A DNA stretch of 64,000 nt from Oligoflexales bacterium (GTDB taxonomy: Bacteria > Bdellovibrionota_B > Oligoflexia > Oligoflexales > CAIYRB01), in NCBI GenBank assembly GCA_041736175.1, contig JBGSUI010000126.1, forward strand, positions 33,352-97,351, in the 5' to 3' direction. The translations under genes were made by a program, and so were the position numbers. The notes beneath the pieces were generated by a model. The model ran no database searches and was not told where the DNA came from. It was given only the letters and a program-made list of their open reading frames with translations. Below are positions 1-11,082 of this stretch, piece by piece. How positions within the stretch are numbered: the stretch's first letter is position 1; every line of letters starts with the position of its first letter.

Positions 1-94
1 TATCACGGCCCTTTTTGCGGGCTGTCACATAAAAGTAACCGGTATCTGCGGTGGATACCAATCGTACAAGTTCTCGGTTTTGCTTCTTTGCCAC
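1..94 (-). CDS. rpmG: 50S ribosomal protein L33, 5' part (runs off window edge)
   Basis: Not in the ORF track. Manual translation from GTG at 94, with AGGAGA RBS, gives MAKKQNRELVRLVSTADTGYFYVTARKKGRD, the L33 L.STA.TG.FY.T signature (Cys-free type). Confidence 0.9.
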   Translation of the reverse strand, partial: MAKKQNRELVRLVSTADTGYFYVTARKKGRD

Positions 95-181
95 GGGGAT
101 CTCTCCTGTTGACCTTTAAATGACCCATTTAAGGTTGGTGAAACTAGCAATTAAAGTGGGGTGGGGCAATCTCTATTTTTT

Positions 182-1573
182 TTAGCCTTCAGGTTGGACC
201 ATTTTTTCGGGTCTCACATGACGATCAAAGTCTTCTGCAGTCATAAGTCCTAGTTGGACGGCTGCCTGTTTGAGGGTGAGATTTTCTTGGTAGGCTTTTT
301 TTGCCACCTTTGCCGCCTGGTCGTAGCCAATCACCGGATTGAGGGCGGTCACCAACATCAGGGACTGATCCAGGTGGCGTTTGATCATATCGCGGTTTGC
401 TTCGATGCCGACGATACAATTTTCATTAAAGCTTTTCATGGCATCGGCCAGTAGCCCAAGGGATTCCAGCACATTATGGATGATGACCGGCTTAAAGACA
501 TTTAGCTCAAAGTGCCCCTGGCTGCCGGCGATTCCGACCGCAGTATCAAGACCCATCACGTGGACGGCAACCATCGTCAGAGCCTCGCACTGGGTGGGGT
601 TCACCTTGCCCGGCATGATCGAGCTTCCGGGCTCGTTGGCAGGCAAGATCAGCTCCCCTATCCCCGACCGGGGTCCACTCCCAAGGAGTCTGATATCATT
701 GGCGATCTTAAGGCAAGCTACGGCCAACCCCCGCAAGGCACTGCTGGCTGTCACCAAGGCATCATGGGCCGCAAGGGCCGCAAACTTGTTTGGCGCCGTC
801 CTAAAGGCAAATCCCGTCAGTTTGCCGATATGGAGCGCGACTTTTTCGGCATACTGGGGATGGGTGTTAAGTCCGGTGCCGACAGCGCTGCCACCCAGGG
901 CTAAATCCAAGAGGGCTTCGATGGCTTCGAGGATTCGCTTTTCCCCTTGTTCCAGCTGGGAGGCGTATCCCGAAAACTCTTGGCCTAGGGTGAGAGGAGT
1001 CGCATCCATCAAGTGGGTTCGCCCGATTTTGATGATGTCTTTAAACTCTTCGGCCTTTGCCCAGAAAACCCGCTGGAGGTTGCGTAACTCAGGGAGGAGG
1101 TTTTGTTGGAAGTCGCTAACCGCTGCCACATGCATAAAGGTGGGAAATGCATCGTTAGACGACTGGGACATATTGACGTCGTCGTTAGGGTGAACAGGCT
1201 TTTTGGAGCCTAGTGTCCCCCCAGCGATCTCAATGGCCCGGTTGGCGATCACCTCGTTGGCGTTCATATTGGACTGGGTGCCGCTGCCTGTCTGCCAAAC
1301 CACCAGGGGAAAATGGGAGTCGAGTTTGCCGGCAATCACCTCGTCGGCAGCCATCACGATCAAGTCGCATTTTTCTTTAGAAAGTTTGCCCAGCTCAAAG
1401 TTAGTGAGGGCTGCTGCTTTTTTGACGATTCCAAAGGCCCTGATCATGCCCCGCGAAAATCGGTGCCCGCCTATCTTAAAGTTTTGCAAGGACCTCTGGG
1501 TCTGGGCCCCCCAGTAGCGATCTTTTTGGACTTCGATGCTGCCTATGGAATCGGTTTCGATGCGCGCGGACAT
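182..1573 (-). CDS. fumC: class II fumarate hydratase
   Basis: [42 protein letters not shown] motifs. Start moved to ATG 1573 (AGGAG RBS). Confidence 0.97.
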   Translation of the reverse strand: MSARIETDSIGSIEVQKDRYWGAQTQRSLQNFKIGGHRFSRGMIRAFGIVKKAAALTNFELGKLSKEKCDLIVMAADEVIAGKLDSHFPLVVWQTGSGTQSNMNANEVIANRAIEIAGGTLGSKKPVHPNDDVNMSQSSNDAFPTFMHVAAVSDFQQNLLPELRNLQRVFWAKAEEFKDIIKIGRTHLMDATPLTLGQEFSGYASQLEQGEKRILEAIEALLDLALGGSAVGTGLNTHPQYAEKVALHIGKLTGFAFRTAPNKFAALAAHDALVTASSALRGLAVACLKIANDIRLLGSGPRSGIGELILPANEPGSSIMPGKVNPTQCEALTMVAVHVMGLDTAVGIAGSQGHFELNVFKPVIIHNVLESLGLLADAMKSFNENCIVGIEANRDMIKRHLDQSLMLVTALNPVIGYDQAAKVAKKAYQENLTLKQAAVQLGLMTAEDFDRHVRPEKMVQPEG

Positions 1574-1584
1574 TGTAAACACTC

Positions 1585-2415
1585 CTATGTTTTGGCCTTA
1601 ATTTTGGCGTACAGATGGTAAGACCCCAAGATCGAACCCATCCACCAGGCTCCGAGGATAAGCCTAAGGAGGACTTCCCAGGTTTCGGGAGTGGTCCAAG
1701 ACCCCCACGTGCCAAGCTGCTGGGACGCTGCTGCCGCTCCTTTAGAAACATCTTCCACAAAGAGCGATAGACCCTCCGGTAGTAGCACCATAAGGAGGAT
1801 AAAAGCTACCAAAAGCGGGGTGTGGCCTTTGGCCAACTGGCGGCTTCGAAACCTTGCCTGCCAAGGGCTCAGGGACTCCACCACCACCAAGGTCTGGGCA
1901 TAGACCAGCGGCACCATCACATAGGTTGCGCCAATGATACCGTAGGGTATCAGGGCATAGGGGGAATCCCATTTGAAGAGATAATTGACCAGAAGACCCG
2001 GCAGCAGGGCGATGGCCGTGCCCCCCATCAAAATAAAGCTTATAATAAAACTGACAATCAACAGGGATGACCAAAGGCGAAGACTGGTACCTAGGTTCTC
2101 CAAAAGAGCTGAGGTTAACGCCGGAAGAGTGTCGGATCCCCCTGTCCTAGGCGCCGGGTGGGGAGCGGGGTGAGGTTGGGAGTGGGGCCGGGATCGTTGG
2201 TGGAGGACGAGGAGGACCATGGCGGTGAGGATCGGGGTTAACAGGATCCCGATGGCCCCGTCAAACACAAATCCCGTAACCTGCTCGGAAGCCCCCCAAT
2301 GCTCCCCTACCGTCCAGCGTAGGAGTTCGAGTGGTAAATCGACTATGAAATTGAGAAAGATAAGGTTGACGACTAGACTTTTTGTGATCGGAGAATCCAC
2401 CGCCGCCTCTGCCAT
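1585..2415 (-). CDS. hypothetical multi-pass membrane protein
   Basis: 276 aa with about 6 hydrophobic segments; co-oriented just upstream of fumC; GGAG RBS. Confidence 0.75.
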   Translation of the reverse strand: MAEAAVDSPITKSLVVNLIFLNFIVDLPLELLRWTVGEHWGASEQVTGFVFDGAIGILLTPILTAMVLLVLHQRSRPHSQPHPAPHPAPRTGGSDTLPALTSALLENLGTSLRLWSSLLIVSFIISFILMGGTAIALLPGLLVNYLFKWDSPYALIPYGIIGATYVMVPLVYAQTLVVVESLSPWQARFRSRQLAKGHTPLLVAFILLMVLLPEGLSLFVEDVSKGAAAASQQLGTWGSWTTPETWEVLLRLILGAWWMGSILGSYHLYAKIKAKT

Positions 2416-2600
2416 GTCTGGAATCTCCCCAAAAAATAAAGACCCTTAACTGGGCTCAACCTGCCGAAATCCTATATTTTACCAGAGGCTGAGTCAATCT
2501 GGCTTTTATATGATTTGCTTGGGACGGCTCGCCGCTGGTAAACCTTGTCGGTGGGTGACTCTGAGACACAAACGGAACCGGACGATAGGGAGCATTTATT

Positions 2601-3842
2601 GTGATTTTTTGCGCGATGCTGTTGTTGTTAAGCGGTCGGGTCCTAGCCCAAGGGGCTGCCAAGGAGATCTCAATGCCCGCGAGCCCTGGTCCACTGAAGG
2701 AGCGCCTTTGGGGCGAAGTGAGTCAAAAGCTGATGGCCATCCCCAACCATCCCTGGGCGCTGCCGGTGGCGACTCCCCTCTATCAAAAGACTATCGGTTC
2801 TTGGCAGTTACCTCCCGGCATTGCCGACACATCCCCCTCGCTCTGTCCATCTCTCTACCCACCCGTGCGTCAGCTCCTCCAGGCGGTCGGCCCGTCGCTT
2901 TTTCTGGTGGCTCCCCAAGATGGGGAGGTGACTGTCCTCCAAAACGCTTTTGATCCCGAGCAGGCTCAAAAACCCTCAGCGCCTTTGGTGGGAGCCTATC
3001 TCAAAGCCCGAGGGCAGCGGATCTTTGTGGCTGCAGTCCTTCAGGGCTCGCCAGCTTCCATGGCGGGGGTGATGGCCGGGGATGAGGTCGTCTCCATCCA
3101 GGGTAAACCACCAAAGGTGGATCCCCAGGGTTTCCCTAAGGGCGCAACCCAGTGGGTCCTCCGAAGGTCCCCCTCTCATCTCGTGCCTGTGATGGTGCCA
3201 GCACCCGTAGCACAAACGATCGACGACCTGATTGCCGAACATATCAAGCTTGTCCCTCGAAAAATTGTGACTAAAGCTGGGACTTCCACAAAAAGTGTCG
3301 TCTATGCCCACCTAGCTTCGACCCATCGGACACGATTTTTTATTGATTTTAAGGAGGCTGTGAACGCCCTTCTCGTTCCGGAGGGGCCTCTCAGGCCCAA
3401 GCCTCCTTCTAAGGCCCACAAAGTCACCGGACTGATCATCGACCTTAGGGGTCCCTTTGGCCCGGTGGGGTCGAGTTTTGCGGAGCTTCTGAGTGAGCCA
3501 AATTGGTTTTTTGGAACCGATCCCCAAAAACCCTTACGCCCTGTGGCCGTGCTAGTGGACGAGACGACCCTAGGGGGACGGGAGTGGTTGGCATGGATGC
3601 TGAAATCAAAGGCAGGAGCCACCTTGGTGGGAGCCCATACAGGAGGCATGTGGGCTTCGAGTCAGTGGCTACCCCTTGAGGTGTGTCCTGGATATTTACT
3701 AGTCCCCCAGGGCTCTACCAAAGCTCCTTTACCCGAAGGGATCGGGCTAACACCAGATGTGGTGGTCCCTACTTCTATAGTCTATATGAGCGGTGCAGAT
3801 CCTGTTTTGGAAGCTGCGATCCGGTCTCTGGACCGGACTTAG
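2601..3842 (+). CDS. S41-like (C-terminal processing peptidase) protein with PDZ domain, probably catalytically degenerate
   Basis: Signal peptide; PDZ (GSPASMAGVMAGDEVVSIQG); S41 motifs GLIIDLRG, VAVLVDETT, LVGAHTGG, EGIGLTPDVVV. Confidence 0.8.
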   Translation: MIFCAMLLLLSGRVLAQGAAKEISMPASPGPLKERLWGEVSQKLMAIPNHPWALPVATPLYQKTIGSWQLPPGIADTSPSLCPSLYPPVRQLLQAVGPSLFLVAPQDGEVTVLQNAFDPEQAQKPSAPLVGAYLKARGQRIFVAAVLQGSPASMAGVMAGDEVVSIQGKPPKVDPQGFPKGATQWVLRRSPSHLVPVMVPAPVAQTIDDLIAEHIKLVPRKIVTKAGTSTKSVVYAHLASTHRTRFFIDFKEAVNALLVPEGPLRPKPPSKAHKVTGLIIDLRGPFGPVGSSFAELLSEPNWFFGTDPQKPLRPVAVLVDETTLGGREWLAWMLKSKAGATLVGAHTGGMWASSQWLPLEVCPGYLLVPQGSTKAPLPEGIGLTPDVVVPTSIVYMSGADPVLEAAIRSLDRT

Positions 3843-3894
3843 GTCGTTTAAACCTTCTTTCGAGCTTGGTCCACGAATAGAGTTACCTATGGGC

Positions 3895-4809
3895 TTATTC
3901 AGCTGGGCGTACATAGACCTCGATATTTTTTTCTGGTTGAGTTTTGTTAAGTTGTTGGTAGAGGGGTTTGCGAAGATCAAGATGGAGAGATCCTTTTGCG
4001 CAAGGGTTTTTCCCCTCATAAACCTCTTTGTAACGGTTGTTCCAATGTTGGGAAGGACAAGCATCGTAAATCACTGCTGGCACACTCTTTGACTTATCTT
4101 TCGTGGAGACGATAAACTTTTTTCCACAAGGGACATTGCAACGGGGTTCACGCACCATTTTTTGACCGTTCTCGACTCGCTTCACATCATTTGGCATCTT
4201 ATCCCACTTACCTTGGCAATCGGAATGATCGCATATTGCCCAGCTTTCATTTTCACAGGAACCAGGCCAAAAAGGTGACTGTTCGGTGACAGCAAAATAC
4301 AAGCCTCCGTGATTGTTGGCATCGCCGCAGGTGGTTTTATAATAGTGCTCACCATTGAATGGGTAGTAGGTGGTGTTAAACAAAATATCTTTGCCATTGT
4401 TTACATTGTTTACAGGCGTCGGAGCTTTCTGGGCTGTAGCATTATTTTGGGTTTTCAGAAATTTACATGATTGGTTTTTTTCCCATCCCCATCCTTGGAC
4501 ATGATTAGGTACGGCTTTAGGTGAGCAAATCGGCCATAGCAGACAACTCTTTCCGTTTTCATAGCCCCAAGTATTGTCTGGAGAAGGAGTCGCTTTGTTT
4601 TGGCAAACAGGATAAACAGTGCAGGAAGTTCGATTTTCTTCCCACCCAGTGCCATCGTTTTCAGGATCTATCGCGCCTAAGGTGCATGTCGGTAAGGAAT
4701 TCGCTGTTACTGAAGAGTCAGAGCTTTCAGTGATATTGCAGCCCTGTGTAGGAAAAAAAACAAGATTGAGGGTAGCAAACAGGATTCCGAAATACAAGGT
4801 TTTGTTCAT
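3895..4809 (-). CDS. secreted lipoprotein with 3 CBM10-like repeats and a C-terminal DPBB (expansin/RlpA/barwin-like) domain
   Basis: Lipobox-like TQGC; repeats GTGWEENRTSC, TWGYENGKSC, GWGWEKNQSC; C-terminal TYY...TCG...CGKK...IYDACP...HLDL pattern. Confidence 0.72.
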   Translation of the reverse strand: MNKTLYFGILFATLNLVFFPTQGCNITESSDSSVTANSLPTCTLGAIDPENDGTGWEENRTSCTVYPVCQNKATPSPDNTWGYENGKSCLLWPICSPKAVPNHVQGWGWEKNQSCKFLKTQNNATAQKAPTPVNNVNNGKDILFNTTYYPFNGEHYYKTTCGDANNHGGLYFAVTEQSPFWPGSCENESWAICDHSDCQGKWDKMPNDVKRVENGQKMVREPRCNVPCGKKFIVSTKDKSKSVPAVIYDACPSQHWNNRYKEVYEGKNPCAKGSLHLDLRKPLYQQLNKTQPEKNIEVYVRPAE

Positions 4810-4860
4810 AAGTAAAACTCTCTCTATAAACGTTTGATGATTTGGCACAATAGTAAATCT

Positions 4861-4876
4861 TTCAATTTTTATGCCA
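4861..4876 (-). promoter_or_regulatory. sigma54-like -24/-12 element
   Basis: TGGCAT-AAAAA-TTGAA on the minus strand, about 50 bp upstream of ATG 4809 (GA instead of GC at -12). Confidence 0.45.
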
Positions 4877-5023
4877 ATGATTTACAGGAGAATTTTTGAG
4901 TATCGTCTTGTTATAATTTAGGAATTTTTTTCGTAAATGTTTAAAGATCTTTCACTGAAAAGTTTGTGAACATGTTGATAGGTGGCTAATCGGTGGATTA
5001 TTTTCTCCCTAACCCGAGGGTAG

Positions 5024-6966
<1,943 letters not shown>

Positions 6967-6976
6967 TTAGGTTCTC

Positions 6977-7402
6977 CTAGACTTGATGATCTTGGTTATC
7001 AAAAAAACCCTGAATCCCTTGTTTAAGAACCATAAACTGGTCTTGTCCGTAGGCCACTCCAGGGCCTCGACCCCACACGGGTCGAGGCCATAGGGAGTCC
7101 GTGGATTGGCGCCCGACCACATGAATATGGAGCTGGCTGACGATATTGCCGAGGGCACCGATGTTGATCTTTTGGGCATTGAACACCTGTTTGACTAAGT
7201 TGCTGACAAGCACCACTTCGTCCATTAACTGGTGCTGGTCTTGGGGGGACAACTCAAAAATTTCAGTGACCTCCTCACGGCGAGGAACCAGGATGAGCCA
7301 GGGAAATCGCTGGTCGTTCATCAAGACAACCTGACAGAGGGGGAGATCCCGTAAAAAAAGGGTTTCAGCGGCCAATGAGGGGTGGAGTCGAAAGGGAGGC
7401 AT
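6977..7402 (-). CDS. HIT family protein
   Basis: LMNDQRFPWLILVPR, KINIGALGNIVSQLHIHVVGR, WPRPVW. Confidence 0.92.
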   Translation of the reverse strand: MPPFRLHPSLAAETLFLRDLPLCQVVLMNDQRFPWLILVPRREEVTEIFELSPQDQHQLMDEVVLVSNLVKQVFNAQKINIGALGNIVSQLHIHVVGRQSTDSLWPRPVWGRGPGVAYGQDQFMVLKQGIQGFFDNQDHQV

Positions 7403-7460
7403 GGGAGTCTTTCTGTTTCTAGGTCACTGGGACCATAAAGATAGCAAGAAAAGTTTTTTT

Positions 7461-8345
7461 TTAAAACGCTCGATCATTCCACCTGGGATGTTCTTGCTCT
7501 GCCACGGTTTTTTCGATCCAATCGGCTAAGAACCTTATGTCGACATTGTAGCCATATTGACGACAATTTGGGTCTCCCGAAACGTGGATTCCTGCAAGGG
7601 TCAGTCCTACGTCCTTTCTCTTTATAAAAACCGGGCCACCTGAATCCCCATGACACCCCCCGCGGCCTTCGTAGCGGAAGGTTTTCGATTCAGGGTAAAA
7701 CTTTGAAATCCTTTGACTCCAGCCCGTGGAGCGGAGAGTTCCACGAGTCTCATCTGGGGCATCCCAGCTGGTTTTTCCATATCCCGCAAGCAAAATCGTC
7801 TCTCCAACCTGTAGTTCGTCCTTCTGGGTCAGGTAGGGGACAGGTTTGTAGCTCGAAGGTGCATCCTTAACCAAATAAGCGATGGCAACGTCATCATGAG
7901 GGGGGCCTATAATCGCCTTGCAGTTGATCGACTGGGCTTGGGGATCGTCGAGCCTACGGCCAAAGATGATTTGGCAATCGGTCCCTGCCTTAAAGCAATG
8001 TTTGGCCGTAAGAACGGTTCTTTTTCCCACCAAGGCTCCACTACAGGTTTTCCCTGCACGGACTCTGAGTTCCTTATGATAAACCACTGCGACTGTTGAC
8101 AAACCAACCTGGTCATCAACTCCGACGTCACACCCGCCAGCGATCTTTAGGGCCGATCCCAACTGATCTGCGGATTTTCTAGAGACTGACCAGTCACAAC
8201 TGGGCAGGAACAGGATAAAACTCAACAGGTTGGGCATGTAAGATCTGAAGATTTTAGAGAACATTTTAAAGGAACTCCTAGGAGCTGGGAAACCAGGAAA
8301 TAGTGTAGACAGGACCACGCTCAGAAATGACCGAGCAAAATCCAT
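7461..8345 (-). CDS. trypsin-like S1 serine protease, probably a lipoprotein
   Basis: Intact triad in TAKHC, DDVAI, GDSGGP; LPSC lipobox-like motif, so the true start may be internal. Confidence 0.9.
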   Translation of the reverse strand: MDFARSFLSVVLSTLFPGFPAPRSSFKMFSKIFRSYMPNLLSFILFLPSCDWSVSRKSADQLGSALKIAGGCDVGVDDQVGLSTVAVVYHKELRVRAGKTCSGALVGKRTVLTAKHCFKAGTDCQIIFGRRLDDPQAQSINCKAIIGPPHDDVAIAYLVKDAPSSYKPVPYLTQKDELQVGETILLAGYGKTSWDAPDETRGTLRSTGWSQRISKFYPESKTFRYEGRGGCHGDSGGPVFIKRKDVGLTLAGIHVSGDPNCRQYGYNVDIRFLADWIEKTVAEQEHPRWNDRAF

Positions 8346-8467
8346 TCCAAAAAGCTAAGGAGGCGAAGGAAAGTCGGGCTCCCGAGCTATTTCCTGGTCC
8401 AGACCAAGCAACTTGAGGTAGGGTCGGTGTCGGAACTGTCTTAGTTGCCCCCTATAGGAGACCGACC

Positions 8468-8896
8468 ATGCCTGCTACCATGACCATTACCCGAACTTTT
8501 GAGTTTTGCGCAGGTCACCGGCTTTTTCGACCCGATTGGTCCGAAGAAAAAAATAAGCAGATCTTTGGTTTGTGCGCGAATCTCGAAGGCCACGGACACA
8601 ACTACACCCTCGAGGTGAGTGTCTCCGGTCCTATCGATCGAGAGACTGGGATGATCATGAATCTCAGGGAGCTTAAGGAGATCGTCAAAGACCATGTGAT
8701 CGCTCAGATCGACCACAAAAATCTCAATAAAGACGTATCCTGGATGGCGGGGGTTAACCCGACCACCGAAGAATTTGCAGAAAAAATCGGCCAGCGGCTT
8801 CGGGAGCTGTTACAAAAAAAAGTACCACAAGTTAAGCTTGCTGCCATCGTTTTGCATGAAACAACCAACAACAAGGTGATGATCCAATGGCAGTAG
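8468..8896 (+). CDS. 6-pyruvoyl-tetrahydropterin synthase family protein (PTPS-II-like, Cx5HGH)
   Basis: GHRL, FGLCANLEGHGHNY, DHKNLN, PTTE, HET motifs. Confidence 0.92.
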   Translation: MPATMTITRTFEFCAGHRLFRPDWSEEKNKQIFGLCANLEGHGHNYTLEVSVSGPIDRETGMIMNLRELKEIVKDHVIAQIDHKNLNKDVSWMAGVNPTTEEFAEKIGQRLRELLQKKVPQVKLAAIVLHETTNNKVMIQWQ

Positions 8897-9723
8897 AACA
8901 TCCTCTGGGAGGTCCCCACACCGACGCCAACCTAAGCCGCGACTTAACCCACTTCTACGGAGTCCAAGGCTTGGTAGCCCTCGTCACAGGTGGTGGAACG
9001 GGTATCGGACAAGCTTCGGTGATGGTCTTGGCTAAAGCGGGGGCGAAGAAACTTTTTATCGCTGGGCGACGCCTAGGACCGCTGCAGGAGACGGCGGCCC
9101 GCGTCAAAGAGGTGAGACCGTCCTGTGAGGTGGAAGTCATCGAATGCGATCTTGCCCAGAGCGCATCAGTAGCCGCACTCGTCCTAAAAATAAAAAAGTA
9201 TGGTCAACTTGATATCCTCGTCAACAATGCGGGGCAATTCCAATCAGCATCCTTAGGGGCCACCACCGACGCCCTTTGGGAAGAGACCCTTAGGATCAAT
9301 CTCCAGGCTCCCATGGGCCTTACGCGGGATCTACTACCCCTCTTAAAGCGCTCTGATGCGCCGGCAGTGGTCAATATCAGCTCCACCTTGGCGGTGAAAC
9401 CAATCCCAGAGGCGTCCGCTTACAATGCCAGTAAGGCTGCCTTGGTGCAGTTGACCCGGTCCCTAGCCCTGGAGCTTGCCCCCGATGGAATACGGGTCAA
9501 TACAATCCTTCCCGCCGTTGTCGAGACTCCCATGTACCGGGGACGCTACGACAACGAGACCACCTACCAGGAAGGGGTTCGGCAGGCCAACAGGCTCCAT
9601 CCTCTCGGACGCATGGGGCAGCCCGAAGACATCGGCATGTCGGTTCTGTTTCTCGCCAGCCGGGCATCGAGTTGGATTACTGGAGTTGCTTTACCTGTAG
9701 ATGGCGGGATGTTGGTCACTTAA
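8887..9723 (+). CDS. SDR family oxidoreductase
   Basis: TGGGTGIG, NNAG, YNASK, VDGG; overlaps the PTPS stop by 10 bp. Confidence 0.93.
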   Translation: MAVEHPLGGPHTDANLSRDLTHFYGVQGLVALVTGGGTGIGQASVMVLAKAGAKKLFIAGRRLGPLQETAARVKEVRPSCEVEVIECDLAQSASVAALVLKIKKYGQLDILVNNAGQFQSASLGATTDALWEETLRINLQAPMGLTRDLLPLLKRSDAPAVVNISSTLAVKPIPEASAYNASKAALVQLTRSLALELAPDGIRVNTILPAVVETPMYRGRYDNETTYQEGVRQANRLHPLGRMGQPEDIGMSVLFLASRASSWITGVALPVDGGMLVT

Positions 9724-9801
9724 TCTATTTATTTGTAAAGATAATTTAGAAAGATTTAGGTAGGGAGTCTGTGTTCATGATGACCTACCTAGCTATTCCA
9801 A

Positions 9802-10134
9802 CTAAGAAACAACCGATGAAATAATTTCTTTTTGTAAACCTGCGTCTCTGATATAGCCACACTTATTGATTAAGTGATTGACAGGCACAGTTACCAAGAA
9901 GTCTGTCCAAGCATATGAGTCATACTGCAGGCAAAGTAGCTGACTCTTCTTAATCAATACATCTGTCTCTAGTCCACGTTTCATTGTGGAAATGGGTATT
10001 AAGTTTAAAAGGATATTGTTCTTATCATCATAAGTTTCGGAAGATATAACTATGTAAAAATGACTTGGCGGATTTGTTTTATCAGCAGGAATGAAAGTAT
10101 TTATTTTATAAACACACCATTTTAAGGCAGACAT
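9802..10134 (-). CDS. PemK/MazF-like type II toxin
   Basis: YIVISSETYD...LIPIST...DVLI...LQYDSYAWTDFLVTV...L..KCG.I follows the MazF fold pattern; AT-rich. Confidence 0.65.
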   Translation of the reverse strand: MSALKWCVYKINTFIPADKTNPPSHFYIVISSETYDDKNNILLNLIPISTMKRGLETDVLIKKSQLLCLQYDSYAWTDFLVTVPVNHLINKCGYIRDAGLQKEIISSVVS

Positions 10135-10412
10135 TGAATAGCTATGATTTCATTTGTTAAATCAGATTGACCGTTACTTACTCGATTGGATCTATTTTTA
10201 ATCTGCACTTCATCTTTGACAGAGTGGTAATAGTTTTCTATAGCTTCGAATTCAGATACATTTGGGTAAACACTGATAGCAGTTTCCGTTACTTTATTAA
10301 AATCAGATTGTCCTATTCTCTTGAAGAATAGATCAATTCTTTCTATCTTTTTCATATTGGCCTCGATTCCAGGAGTTTTGTAATCTATTTGTTTTGCTGT
10401 TGAGTCGACCAT
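10122..10412 (-). CDS. small hypothetical protein, putative antitoxin of the MazF-like gene
   Basis: 96 aa, AGGAGA RBS, overlaps the toxin start by 13 bp, same AT-rich composition. Confidence 0.55.
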   Translation of the reverse strand: MVDSTAKQIDYKTPGIEANMKKIERIDLFFKRIGQSDFNKVTETAISVYPNVSEFEAIENYYHSVKDEVQIKNRSNRVSNGQSDLTNEIIAIQCLP

Positions 10413-10459
10413 GTTTTTCTCCTTGCCTCGATCATACCTACCTCCAGTATGCTTCTAAC

Positions 10460-10486
10460 CTTTCGGAATTTCAACAGAAAACTTTA
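10460..10486 (-). promoter_or_regulatory. sigma28 (FliA)-type promoter
   Basis: TAAAGTTT-N11-TCCGAAAG versus consensus TAAAGTTT-N11-GCCGATAA. Confidence 0.65.
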
Positions 10487-10547
10487 GATGTTTTGGATAA
10501 CTATCTGTTGTTACTATTATTTTAACACGCCGCTCATATCCTTACTC

Positions 10548-10928
10548 CTACGCAGATCGGCGACCAGGTCTATGGGTGGTTGGTCTGAGAAGATGATCAT
10601 GGATATCTTGGCAGACCAGCCGTGCTTCTTTGTTAAACAGAAGCTTTTGCAACGTTGCAAAAGGCACCGATACCTGATGACACTTAAGACACACCTGGGC
10701 TCCGAGCCAAGCCTCGATTCCCCGTTTGTCTGAAGGTCCTAAATCGATCGATTGGTCGATCACAGATGTCTCGTGTCCACAGGCGGAGCAATGATTTTTG
10801 TGAACGCTCTCCGCTTGGGCTTTTTCTTTTTCAGCCCGTTCTTCCTTAAGTCGCTGGACGAGTTCTGCGTCCTGTTTTCGAAAATACTCTTCTTCTGCTG
10901 CCCTAAAATCTGTACGTGGTTCTTTCAT
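10548..10928 (-). CDS. small zinc-ribbon protein with N-terminal EEEYF coiled coil
   Basis: AEEEYFRKQDAELVQRLK followed by CSAC...CLKC; ATG 10928 with GAGGAGG RBS. Confidence 0.75.
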   Translation of the reverse strand: MKEPRTDFRAAEEEYFRKQDAELVQRLKEERAEKEKAQAESVHKNHCSACGHETSVIDQSIDLGPSDKRGIEAWLGAQVCLKCHQVSVPFATLQKLLFNKEARLVCQDIHDHLLRPTTHRPGRRSA

Positions 10929-10979
10929 AATGAGACCCTCCTCTTGACGCATACCTTAATGGAATGCCATATAAGAGAT

Positions 10980-11006
10980 TCTTCGGAGTTTATGGGAAAG
11001 ACTTAA
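10980..11006 (-). promoter_or_regulatory. sigma28 (FliA)-type promoter
   Basis: TTAAGTCT-N11-TCCGAAGA upstream of the zinc-ribbon gene. Confidence 0.55.
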
Positions 11007-11082
11007 ATAATTTTAAAAATATTAATTATTTTAGATAAATGAGATGTCTTTTTAGGGAAGCCTTCAAACAGGGGAGTTTGCG

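Noticed and set aside
381..1193. long antisense ORFs (for example 381..1193, 36439..37095, 37889..38482, 53462..53992)
   Set aside because: Shadow frames opposite well-conserved genes, with no recognisable motifs.
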